From a virus (lineage: Duplodnaviria; Caudoviricetes): DNA of 43,761 bases. The position numbers and the translations under genes are program-made. The DNA is taken from positions 1 to 43,761 of IMG/VR virus record IMGVR_UViG_3300048901_000044. One strand, 5' to 3'. Positions 1 to 8,425 of this stretch are shown one piece after another. The first letter of the stretch is position 1. The number at the start of each line of letters is the position of its first letter. The notes beneath the pieces were generated by a model. That model was not told the DNA's origin. It made no database searches and saw only the letters and a program-made list of their open reading frames with translations.

Positions 1-126
1 AGATCGCGAGAAGCGAGCGAACGAATACGTCGAGCGGGCAGGCCAGCAGATCGCCGCCCTGCGAGCCGAGAATGAGAAGCTGTTCAAGGAACTGGCTTAT
101 GAGGTTGATCAGCGGCGGCAGGTAGA
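1..126. repeat. Terminal direct repeat (circular overlap) with 43627-43752
   Basis: 126 identical nt at both ends. The last 9 nt of the window (ggccgaata) then differ from 127-135 (aaacctcat). Confidence 0.95.
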
Positions 127-133
127 AAACCTC

Positions 134-406
134 ATGCAGTTGGAAGTCGGCGTGGCTAATCAAGCGGAAGCCCAACTCACCGCCCTACAGGCCGAGCGTC
201 AAAGGCTGCAGGACTTGCTGGACTTCCAGCAGGGCAACTACGAGGACGTTTCTGGTGATGACTTGCTCACGCCGGATCAGATGGCTGAAATGCAGGCGTC
301 CTTCAATGCCTTCGTTGCAGCACGTCAGGAGCGAGCGGCGAAACTGGCCGACTACGACAGATTAAAAGAACAACTCGCCGCCCTACAGGCCGAGCAGGAG
401 AAGTGA
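134..406 (+). CDS. C-terminal part of a coiled-coil protein that starts at 43454 and crosses the circular join
   Basis: In frame with the open frame through 1-133 (...QRRQVENLMQLEV...). QL(T/A)ALQAE occurs twice. Confidence 0.7.
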   Translation: MQLEVGVANQAEAQLTALQAERQRLQDLLDFQQGNYEDVSGDDLLTPDQMAEMQASFNAFVAARQERAAKLADYDRLKEQLAALQAEQEK

Positions 407-960
407 CCATGATTGTCACGCCGCTGCCGGAACTGAAGCTGGAACAGGTGAACCCGGTGGCCCGGCCTGCGGGGCTGCATGTGTCGGACATCATCAAGAG
501 TATTTTGGTGGACTTGGACCCCAAGGTGTACGGCCAGCCCTTGAACATGGAAAAAGTGACCATGGGCCTGTCGTTTGAGGAGCTGCTGGGGCAGATGTTT
601 CGGCCCGGCTCACCGTATGCGTTTCGCCCTGACCCGGTACGGCTGGACGGGGTGTGGTGCAGCCCGGACTCGATAGAGCCCACGGGGCCGCTGCTGGAGG
701 AGTTTAAATTGACGTGGTACTCCAGTAGTAAACAAGTGCCGTTTGACCCGGTGTACTGGAGCTGGCTCGTGCAGATCAAGGCGTACTGTAAGGCCTTCGA
801 TATGTGCAACGCGAGGCTCGTGGTCCTGCATATCAACGGGAATTACAAGCCGCCCAAGCCGCTGCCGCCCCAGAGCTACGGCCTGACGTTCGACCAGCAC
901 GAGATTGATCTCAATTGGCACATGTTGCTGCAGCACGCCTATGCCAAGGGGCTGCTGTGA
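403..960 (+). CDS. PD-(D/E)XK (RecB/Cas4-like) exonuclease
   Basis: LHVSDI, SPDSIE...EEFKLT and QIKAYC motifs. GTGA overlap with the upstream ORF. Confidence 0.75.
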   Translation: MTMIVTPLPELKLEQVNPVARPAGLHVSDIIKSILVDLDPKVYGQPLNMEKVTMGLSFEELLGQMFRPGSPYAFRPDPVRLDGVWCSPDSIEPTGPLLEEFKLTWYSSSKQVPFDPVYWSWLVQIKAYCKAFDMCNARLVVLHINGNYKPPKPLPPQSYGLTFDQHEIDLNWHMLLQHAYAKGLL

Positions 961-1112
961 CCAGCTCTGACCGCAACGGCCTCATTATGGCTGTCATCGT
1001 GTTGCTCATGCTGACCCTGCCCCTCTGGTTCCTCGTCCCGGGCTGCTTCGACCGTGTCCATGGCCCGTGTGAGACCAAGTGGGGCATTTTCCCTGACTGC
1101 GGCCGGTTATGA
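957..1112 (+). CDS. Small membrane protein
   Basis: GTGA and ATGA coupling on either side; one hydrophobic segment, LIMAVIVLLMLTLPLWFLV. Confidence 0.5.
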   Translation: MTSSDRNGLIMAVIVLLMLTLPLWFLVPGCFDRVHGPCETKWGIFPDCGRL

Positions 1113-1324
1113 CCAAGACCAAGAAGAAACCCAAGTACGTCGGTTTTGCGACCATGCGCCTGATCGACCCCAAGCGCCACGCCCTGATCAGCAAGAAAGC
1201 GGGCTTCCGCTCATGGGTCTCTGGCAACCACTGCCACTGGACCCCGGAGCAGGCCAAGGCCAACGCCCGGGCCGGGGGCCTCGCCCGTCAAGCCCGTCGC
1301 CGCCTCCTGACCGGTACCGACTAA
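1109..1324 (+). CDS. KGG-repeat / general-stress-protein-like small basic protein
   Basis: GFATM..DPKRHALISKKAG...HWTPEQAKANARAGG resembles the KGG consensus GFASMD.E...EIASKGG...H.FT.EEA.EAGRKGG. Confidence 0.6.
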   Translation: MTKTKKKPKYVGFATMRLIDPKRHALISKKAGFRSWVSGNHCHWTPEQAKANARAGGLARQARRRLLTGTD

Positions 1325-1369
1325 CTCCGCTTCTGCCCTTCATGTGCAAGGGCTTAGGACTGCCGACCT

Positions 1370-2161
1370 ATGCCTATCCAGTACAAGTCTGCGACACACA
1401 GCCCCCTGTGGGGCTCATTCCAGATTGCGAACCAGCCCGTCCAACCCCGCCTGATCGTGGCCGTGGAAGGCCTCGAAAAGCAGGGCAAGACCAACTTTGC
1501 GCTCACCGCCCCGGGGCCCCTGATCTACCAGTCGTGGGATATTGGGGACGAGGGGGTCATTGAGAAGTTCCAGCAGGACAAGGTGATCTACAAGGCCGAG
1601 TACGGCGTGGTGATTACCAAGGAAGACAACGCCGAGACTATCAAGGCCAAGATGGACCCCGAGTGGACCCGGTGCGTCAAGGATTATCGCATCGGGCTGG
1701 ACCGGCTCAGGGACGGCTCGGCACGCACCATCATCAAGGACACCAGTACCGAGGAGTGGGAGGCGCTCAGGCTGGCGCGACTGGGCAAAGTGACCCAAGT
1801 GATGCCCCACCACTACGGGCCCCTGAACACCGAATACACCGGGCTGATCAAGGAACTGTACGACACCCCGGGCAACGCCGTGTTCCTGATGAAGCTCAAG
1901 GACGAGTGGATCGACAACGTCACCACTGGTAAAAGCAACAGGACCGGGAAGCACGAACGGGCCGGGCACAAGGACATGGGGTACCTCGTGCAGGTGAACT
2001 GCCGGGCGTGGCGGGATGCCGAGGGGCACTTCCACATCACGGTACTGGACTGCCGCCAGAATCCGGCGGTGGCTGGGCTCGATCTGATGGACGACTTCGC
2101 CACGTTCGCATGGCTGGGGATTAGCGTCTACCCCCACACCAACCTTGCAGACTGGCTGTAA
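1370..2161 (+). CDS. P-loop AAA ATPase, Sak4/AAA_24-like recombination protein
   Basis: Walker A GLEKQGKT and Walker B-like TIIKDT; sits between nuclease genes. Confidence 0.7.
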   Translation: MPIQYKSATHSPLWGSFQIANQPVQPRLIVAVEGLEKQGKTNFALTAPGPLIYQSWDIGDEGVIEKFQQDKVIYKAEYGVVITKEDNAETIKAKMDPEWTRCVKDYRIGLDRLRDGSARTIIKDTSTEEWEALRLARLGKVTQVMPHHYGPLNTEYTGLIKELYDTPGNAVFLMKLKDEWIDNVTTGKSNRTGKHERAGHKDMGYLVQVNCRAWRDAEGHFHITVLDCRQNPAVAGLDLMDDFATFAWLGISVYPHTNLADWL

Positions 2162-2163
2162 CC

Positions 2164-2925
2164 GTGTTGTACATCGACGACCGTAAGGGCTCGGCCGAGT
2201 TCTACGCCTTGGCCCAGACCCGGTACCCGTCGCTGCCCCTGACCCTCTGCCACCTGCCCTACGCGGATTTCGCCCTGATGGGGCAGGGGCCCGAGGGCTC
2301 GGTGGTACCTGTCGGTGTGGAGCGCAAGACCCTGCCCGACCTGATTGATTCGACCTACAGTGGCCGGTTCGCGGGACACCAACTCCCGGGCCTGCTCGAC
2401 CCGCAGCAGGGGTACAAGGACGTGTGGCTCGTGGTAGAGGGCGTGTACCGCGCCAACGGCTTGGGCCAACTGGTCATGCCGCACGGCAAGGGCTGGGTCC
2501 CGGTGGGCTACGGCTCAAAGACCTTCATGTACACCGAGCTGGAGTCCCTGCTGCTGACGCTGGAGGTGAAGGGCGGCCTGCGGGTGCGCCAGACCCGGAG
2601 CCAGTACGACACGCTGGACTTCCTGTGGGCCCTGCACCACTGGTGGACCGACAAGACCATGGAGCAGCACCGGAGCCACTTGCGGTTCAGGACGTTAGAA
2701 GCCGACCCGGGGCTGCTGATTAAGCCCAGCCTGTTGCGCCAAGTGGCGGCCCTGCTGCCGGGGATCGGCTGGAACAAGAGTGGGCATGTCAGTGGACACT
2801 TCAAAACCATCTATGATATGGTTCAGGCTGACGCCAAGCAGTGGCAAGCCATCCCGGGCATCGGGAAGGTGTTGGCCGAACGCATCTGGCGACAACTGAG
2901 AGGACTCGATGGTGGAACCAAATAG
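2164..2925 (+). CDS. ERCC4-type endonuclease with C-terminal HhH motifs
   Basis: IDDRK, ADF and VERKTLPDL motifs; HhH motifs LPGIGWNK and IPGIGKVLAERI. Confidence 0.8.
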   Translation: MLYIDDRKGSAEFYALAQTRYPSLPLTLCHLPYADFALMGQGPEGSVVPVGVERKTLPDLIDSTYSGRFAGHQLPGLLDPQQGYKDVWLVVEGVYRANGLGQLVMPHGKGWVPVGYGSKTFMYTELESLLLTLEVKGGLRVRQTRSQYDTLDFLWALHHWWTDKTMEQHRSHLRFRTLEADPGLLIKPSLLRQVAALLPGIGWNKSGHVSGHFKTIYDMVQADAKQWQAIPGIGKVLAERIWRQLRGLDGGTK

Positions 2926-3208
2926 CGCAGACGACAAGCCGCAGAGTGAGCCCGTGCCAGTGGCCGTGCGGCACGTCTTGGTGGCGGTGATCGCGGACCC
3001 CGAACTGGAGCCCAAGCCCGAGGACCGGGCGATTGAGTGGGCCCTGACCGAGGCCGCCGCCGAGCTGCGGCTGCAACTGCAGTTCCAGTGGCTGGACCAG
3101 CAGACCATGAAGCAGTATGTCACCGAGCAGATGGAGACCGAGCTAACCCGCCTCCGCAAGGTGGTCCAGCACCTGACGCAGGCCGTCATGGACGGGGCCG
3201 GGTTATGA
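2909..3208 (+). CDS. Hypothetical protein
   Basis: Fills the gap; ATGA overlap with the polymerase; coiled-coil C-terminus. Confidence 0.55.
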   Translation: MVEPNSADDKPQSEPVPVAVRHVLVAVIADPELEPKPEDRAIEWALTEAAAELRLQLQFQWLDQQTMKQYVTEQMETELTRLRKVVQHLTQAVMDGAGL

Positions 3209-5649
3209 GAGTCAGCGGGGAAGGGCCCCTGCACCCCGAGGGCGGCCTGATGCTGGTAGGCGAGGGGCCCGGGGCCAAGGAATCCGAGACCGGCGTCCCC
3301 TTCCACCCGGACGCCCCGGCAGGCGCAGAGCTAACCCGCTACTTGAACGGGCATCTGCTGCCCTACCGCTCCGAGGTGTACATCACCAACCTCGTGAAGG
3401 AGTGGCCCGAGGGGGCCAAGAAGAAGAAGCAGGACGTGACCCCGGCAGACATCGCCCGGGATGAATGGGAACTGCGGACGGAGATCGCCATGGTGCGGCC
3501 CCGGGTCATTGCCGCACTGGGCCGCTGGAGCAGTTGGTACCTCCTCGGGGGGCACGTCAGCATGGACGCCTGCCACGGGCTCGTGTTCCAGCGGTATCAC
3601 TGCGGGATGTGTGGCCGCCTGTATCAGGAAGCCTATTGCACGGCCTGTGGGGGGCTGGGAGCCATGTTCTCCACGCTGGTGGTGCCAGTGGTCCACCCGG
3701 CTGCTGGCCTGCACCAACCGGAACTGGCGGCCCGGACGGCCTATGACCTGAATATCCTGTCCCAAGTGCTCAAGGGGGACTACACGGTGTGGAAGCCCGG
3801 GACCCTCGGGACCTATGTGGAGGCCGACCTGCTGAGCTGGCCCAAGCCCGATGGGGGGCCGTACTCACGCATTGGTGTGGATACCGAGGGGCTGATTGGC
3901 AGCCTGTGGTGCGTGTCCCTGAGCCACTGGCCCGGCAAGGGCGTCGTGATCAAGCCCCAGAACCTGCCCAGCCTGACCATTACCGGCGGGGACTTCCACA
4001 ACTACATGTGGGACCAGCAGGTCCTGCAGTCCGCAGGGGTGGGGATTGACGAGGACTCGTTCGATGATACCCAAGTCATGGCGTACCTGCTGAACGAGCC
4101 ACAGGCCCTGAAGGACTTGGCGTTCCGGTTCTTGGGCCTCGCCCTGCCGGACTTCAAGGACATCTGTGGGCACTGGGAGGACCAGCTCAGCAGTAAAACG
4201 GGAAAAAAATTGAAGAAGCAGAAGTTTGTGCTCGGGACTTTGGACGACGTGAATCCACAGCTTGCGATCAACTACGCAGGCACGGACGCCGACATCACGC
4301 GCCAAGTGGCCGCCGTCCTCAGGCCGCGCATCCATGCCGCCAACCTCGACGTGGTGTACCAGCAAGAGCGGGGGATGTTACCCGTCTACGCCCGGATGGA
4401 ACACGTCGGCCTCCCCGTGTCCCAGCAGCACTTTGCCGAGTTCCAGAAGGACCTCCAAGACGACCTTGATTTGAGGACCTTCATGCTACAGGCCGAATAC
4501 CCCGACCTGAACCCGGCCTCGGCTGACCAAGTGGCCCAAGTCCTGTTCGACCACCTCAAGCTGCCCGGGGGCAAGCTGACCCCCAGCGGAAAGCGACCCA
4601 GCACCAATGACAAAATCCTCCAGAGCCTCAAGTACCACCCAGCGGTCCAAGCCATCATCGACTGGCGGGAAGTCAGTAAGCTCAAGGGTACGTTCGTGGA
4701 CAACCTTCCCAAATATTGTCGGCCTGCCCAAGACGGCCGAGGTACTCGTCTACACTTCCGCCTGCTCCCCACACGGACAGCGACGAGAAGACCAGCAGCC
4801 AAAGATCCCAATGTCTTGGCTCTCCCAAAACATTCAGCACTTGGTCAACGGTTTCGACGTGGTATCCGCGCCGAGCCGGGTCGCCTGCTGGGAAGCTGGG
4901 ATTTCGATCAAATTGAGCTGCGGGTGCTCGCACTGGATAGTGGTTCAAGTACCCTCCGCGAAATATTCGTCAGCGGACAAGACCTCCATGCAAGGACCGC
5001 ACAGAAAATCTTTGGCGTCCCACCGGAGTACCAAGACAAGTCGCGGCACCGGCTCCCGGCCAAGGCCGTGAACTTCGGCATCCCCATGGGCATGACCCAG
5101 ACCGGTCTGGCCGAGCAGATGCGGAAGAACGGGTACCCGTGGCCCGAGCTGACCCCGGGCTGGCAGCACTTGCCGCAAAAGAAGCAGTGGCAGCTTCAGG
5201 CCGACGTGTGCGAGGCGTGGATTGGGGCCGTGATTGCGGAGTGGCATATTGGGCCCTATCTGGAGGAGAAGAAGGCGCAGGCCCGACGCTGGGGCTACGT
5301 CACGGACCTGTGGGGGCATCGGCGCTACCTGCCCATGATTACCAGCACGAACAAGATGCTGCGGCTGGAAGCGGAACGCCAGACCCAGTCCTTCCCCATC
5401 CAAGCCGGGGCCCGGGGCTTCTACAAGCAGACGGTCATTCGGGTGTGGAAGGAAGTCATCAAGCCCCTGCGTCTGAGCGGGACCTATATCGAGCCCCTGC
5501 TGGACATCCATGACGACCTGCTGCTGGAGTTCGACGCGGACGTGGCCTCGTGGCTCTTACCACTGATTGACCAGTACTTCAACAACACCAGCCTGCCCGT
5601 GCCCATCACGGCCAAGGGTAGCTGCGGTGTGGAATGGGCGGGGTTATGA
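3205..5649 (+). CDS. polA: Family A DNA polymerase with N-terminal family-4 uracil-DNA glycosylase domain and 3'-5' exonuclease
   Basis: UDG motifs LVGEGPG..E...G.PF and HPAA. Exonuclease motifs VDTEG, HNYMWD, DDTQVMAYLL, YAGTDAD. Pol motifs A DFDQIELR, B RLPAKAVNFG, C HDD. Start moved to the ATG at 3205. Confidence 0.92.
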   Translation: MRVSGEGPLHPEGGLMLVGEGPGAKESETGVPFHPDAPAGAELTRYLNGHLLPYRSEVYITNLVKEWPEGAKKKKQDVTPADIARDEWELRTEIAMVRPRVIAALGRWSSWYLLGGHVSMDACHGLVFQRYHCGMCGRLYQEAYCTACGGLGAMFSTLVVPVVHPAAGLHQPELAARTAYDLNILSQVLKGDYTVWKPGTLGTYVEADLLSWPKPDGGPYSRIGVDTEGLIGSLWCVSLSHWPGKGVVIKPQNLPSLTITGGDFHNYMWDQQVLQSAGVGIDEDSFDDTQVMAYLLNEPQALKDLAFRFLGLALPDFKDICGHWEDQLSSKTGKKLKKQKFVLGTLDDVNPQLAINYAGTDADITRQVAAVLRPRIHAANLDVVYQQERGMLPVYARMEHVGLPVSQQHFAEFQKDLQDDLDLRTFMLQAEYPDLNPASADQVAQVLFDHLKLPGGKLTPSGKRPSTNDKILQSLKYHPAVQAIIDWREVSKLKGTFVDNLPKYCRPAQDGRGTRLHFRLLPTRTATRRPAAKDPNVLALPKHSALGQRFRRGIRAEPGRLLGSWDFDQIELRVLALDSGSSTLREIFVSGQDLHARTAQKIFGVPPEYQDKSRHRLPAKAVNFGIPMGMTQTGLAEQMRKNGYPWPELTPGWQHLPQKKQWQLQADVCEAWIGAVIAEWHIGPYLEEKKAQARRWGYVTDLWGHRRYLPMITSTNKMLRLEAERQTQSFPIQAGARGFYKQTVIRVWKEVIKPLRLSGTYIEPLLDIHDDLLLEFDADVASWLLPLIDQYFNNTSLPVPITAKGSCGVEWAGL

Positions 5650-5858
5650 GCAGCACATTAGGGGCAGCACTGACCGACAGCGACTGGCAGCAGGCCGCCC
5701 TGCGCGTAGGGGAGGAGCTGGCCGACAACGGCCCGTATGGGTACTACACCATGACCCCGGCCCAGTGGCGGGACTGGGCACTGAGTGAGATCGCCCGGTT
5801 GAAGCAGGCACTGGACCTATTAGCCAACGAGATTCTGGAAGAAGGAGAATTGGAATGA
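5646..5858 (+). CDS. Hypothetical protein
   Basis: ATGA overlaps on both sides. Confidence 0.55.
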   Translation: MSSTLGAALTDSDWQQAALRVGEELADNGPYGYYTMTPAQWRDWALSEIARLKQALDLLANEILEEGELE

Positions 5859-6166
5859 GTACGAAGACCCTGTTGACCGACGCGGAATTGATTGAACTGG
5901 CCGAGGAGTACGAGGGCATCAGCCAGCGCCGTAGGGGCGACGAGGCCCGGCAGGACAGCATCAAGCTGCAGCTCAAGACCGAGCTGGCCGTGCGTGACAC
6001 CCAGAAGCTGACGGTGGGTCAGTTCCAACTGCTGGAGACCATCAGCGAGCGCAAGACCGTAGACGAGAAGCTCCTGCTGGAGAACGGCGTGCCCATGGCG
6101 ACCATCAAGGCCAGCACCAAGGTCACCCCGGTGAGTACCTTGCGAGTCACCCGGGTTCACGGGTAA
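5855..6166 (+). CDS. Hypothetical protein (coiled-coil N-terminus)
   Basis: AAGGAG upstream; typical codon usage; last plus-strand gene before the strands converge. Confidence 0.65.
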   Translation: MSTKTLLTDAELIELAEEYEGISQRRRGDEARQDSIKLQLKTELAVRDTQKLTVGQFQLLETISERKTVDEKLLLENGVPMATIKASTKVTPVSTLRVTRVHG

Positions 6167-6680
6167 CCAGCGGCTCCGCTTCCGTAATGGTCCGGTACGC
6201 CGCGAGCACCCGTTCCGCGTACCGGGCCCCGTCCGGCACCAACTGCCCCCCGGGCTGGTTGCCGCCGGTCCCGGTGCGGTATGCGGACAGGAGTGACAGG
6301 CGCTGCTGGTCCCGGGAGGCGTGGTACCGGCCAGCCCAGTCGGTCAGGTACTTCAGCCGCTGACACCCGTACAACAGGTTCGTCTTGGGCAGGAACAGCC
6401 CCTCGGGCTCGCCTTGGTAGCCGAGGTCCTTGGCGGTGGGGTACAGGAGCTGCAGCAGCCCGTAGCGGCTGCTGACCCGCCTTGGGGGTTGGTCCCGGTA
6501 CTCAGGATGCACCGCTAAGTGGTACCGCTCCCAATACCTCGGCTCGTAATTGAAACAATCGGCTTGGCCCCGGGATTCAATCCACGCCACCGCCTCCACC
6601 AGCCATGGGTCCAAGCCATGGGCATTGGCGGCGGTGGTCAACATCGGCAGGTACACCACGGACAGGAGGTTCTGCGCCAT
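6147..6680 (-). CDS. SLT-family lytic transglycosylase (endolysin or virion lysin)
   Basis: AVAWIES (catalytic Glu), YGLLQL..PTA, NLLYG..RL and SAY motifs. Confidence 0.85.
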   Translation of the reverse strand: MAQNLLSVVYLPMLTTAANAHGLDPWLVEAVAWIESRGQADCFNYEPRYWERYHLAVHPEYRDQPPRRVSSRYGLLQLLYPTAKDLGYQGEPEGLFLPKTNLLYGCQRLKYLTDWAGRYHASRDQQRLSLLSAYRTGTGGNQPGGQLVPDGARYAERVLAAYRTITEAEPLVTREPG

Positions 6681-6766
6681 GGACTTTCTCTACTTCGTCG
6701 CCATCATCATCATGCTGCTCCACGGACGTGCGCTCATCGACGGCCTGTGTGACGCCCCCGGGGACT

Positions 6767-8425
6767 TCACCGATTGGATTCATCGTCAAGGCTGGAGGCG
6801 GCCCCTCCCACCGCCAACTGCGCCGGGATCGCCAACAGCTCCGGGTGCCGGGCGGCCATCAGGGCCAGCAGGGCGGCCCGGGTCTCTAGCCTCGGATTTC
6901 CGAGCGCCAATCCAGCCCCGGTATATAGTGCCGCCCGACCGATCCCCCCGTTATTCCCTTGGGAGCCGTACAACGCCCCCCCGAGGGCCGGGGCGAGGTA
7001 CCGGGCGGTAATCTCCGTGCTGTTCATGCCCCGGTTGGCGGCCCGGATACCCACCCCATTCAGGTCCAACAACCGGCGCTCCCGGTCGAAGATGGCGGTC
7101 AGTTCCTGCGGGGACATGCCGGGGTACATCTCTTGGAGCTTGACCGTGAGCTGGTGATACAGCTCCTTCCGCGCCTCGGTCTCGGCCCCTTGGGTCATGC
7201 CCCATTTGGCCTGCTCCAAGCTGGCCCCGGCGGCCTTACGGGAGGCCCAGACATCCGGGCCCTCCATGGCGACCGGGAACATGCGTCCCGCCGGGGTCAT
7301 GCGGTTGGCCCCACCCGCTCCGGTGGCAGGGACCTTGTACCCTGAATGGAGGGGCGTGGACGTGTCCTGCAGCCACTCATTGGCGACCCGCGCCACCGCA
7401 TCCCGGTCGGCTTGAGCCGCACCCGCCGGGGCGAACCGGAGCTTCTGGACGGTCAGGTTCCGGCCCACGTCATTGGGCAGAATGACAGGCCGGGGGGAGG
7501 TGTTGTTGATGATGTTCGACGCATCCCCGGCCAGTGCATCCACACCCCCCTGTCCCCCGCCCCGGTTGACCCACTCCACCGTACCATTCGGCCCGGGGAC
7601 CGCCTCAAACGTGGAGCCCATGGCCCCACCCGGGCCTGCCCGGCCCTTGATGACTCGTGCGAGGGACTTGGGGGCGTGGACATTGGTCCCCTCCTGCTCG
7701 GCGGTACGGGTAATTTCGGCGTTGCGGAGGGCCTCGATCTCGCTATTGGCCTCGGGCAGGTGGAGGTTGCCCCGTAGGACCCGGCGACCCGCCGCCCCGA
7801 GCCCCGCCATCGCCAGCCGGGTCCCGCCCTCCGTCAGCGCACCGATGCCGCCCTCAATCGCCGGGCCTTGGAGGGACCGGCCCACATCACCCGCCATACC
7901 CAGCGCCCAGTCGGCAGCGGACTCGTTCGGGTTGCCGGTGTACCCCAAGTCCTTGGGGCCGCCGACCTGACCGCCGTGGAGGACCGCCCGGCCAAACTCT
8001 CGGAACCCCTCGCCACCGGCTGCGCCCAGTGCCGCACCCCCCATGGCTCCCGGGATACCCCCGAAGCCCATGCCGAAGGCCGTGCCACCGAGACCACCAA
8101 TGGTCCCGCCCACCGCCCCGCCCACTGCCGGAAGTACGTCCAGCGCCGTGTCCATATAGCCCCGGGGCTCGGCCTGCGCCCCGCTCCTTGGCAGGTGCGC
8201 GTCCTCCGGGTGCTTCGCCAGCCACAGCCCTTCCAGTGTCGCGTCGTCCAAGTCGTCGTACGCCCGGGGGAAGGCCTTGCGGATGCGAGCCGCCAAGGGC
8301 TTGCCGGTGGTTTGTTGGACCTGACCCGGGCGTGGGCCTGCTTGAGGGCCTGCCTGCAGAGGCTGGTCAATGGGGCCCATGAAGCCAGCCGGGACGGTCA
8401 TAGGGCCTAGCGGGGTATCAGCCAT
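6767..8425 (-). CDS. Putative internal virion / DNA ejection protein
   Basis: Gly/Ala-rich hydrophobic helices; distal position in the podovirus tail operon. Confidence 0.55.
   Translation of the reverse strand: MADTPLGPMTVPAGFMGPIDQPLQAGPQAGPRPGQVQQTTGKPLAARIRKAFPRAYDDLDDATLEGLWLAKHPEDAHLPRSGAQAEPRGYMDTALDVLPAVGGAVGGTIGGLGGTAFGMGFGGIPGAMGGAALGAAGGEGFREFGRAVLHGGQVGGPKDLGYTGNPNESAADWALGMAGDVGRSLQGPAIEGGIGALTEGGTRLAMAGLGAAGRRVLRGNLHLPEANSEIEALRNAEITRTAEQEGTNVHAPKSLARVIKGRAGPGGAMGSTFEAVPGPNGTVEWVNRGGGQGGVDALAGDASNIINNTSPRPVILPNDVGRNLTVQKLRFAPAGAAQADRDAVARVANEWLQDTSTPLHSGYKVPATGAGGANRMTPAGRMFPVAMEGPDVWASRKAAGASLEQAKWGMTQGAETEARKELYHQLTVKLQEMYPGMSPQELTAIFDRERRLLDLNGVGIRAANRGMNSTEITARYLAPALGGALYGSQGNNGGIGRAALYTGAGLALGNPRLETRAALLALMAARHPELLAIPAQLAVGGAASSLDDESNR

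Noticed and set aside
1-126. Biological terminal repeat of the virion DNA
   Set aside because: It lies mid-gene and its length is close to a common assembler k-mer (127), so assembly overlap is more likely.
3037-3204. N-terminal extensions in the ORF track (also 19361, 20733, 23468, 34692, 37032)
   Set aside because: They overlap other genes, and downstream starts have an RBS or translational coupling.
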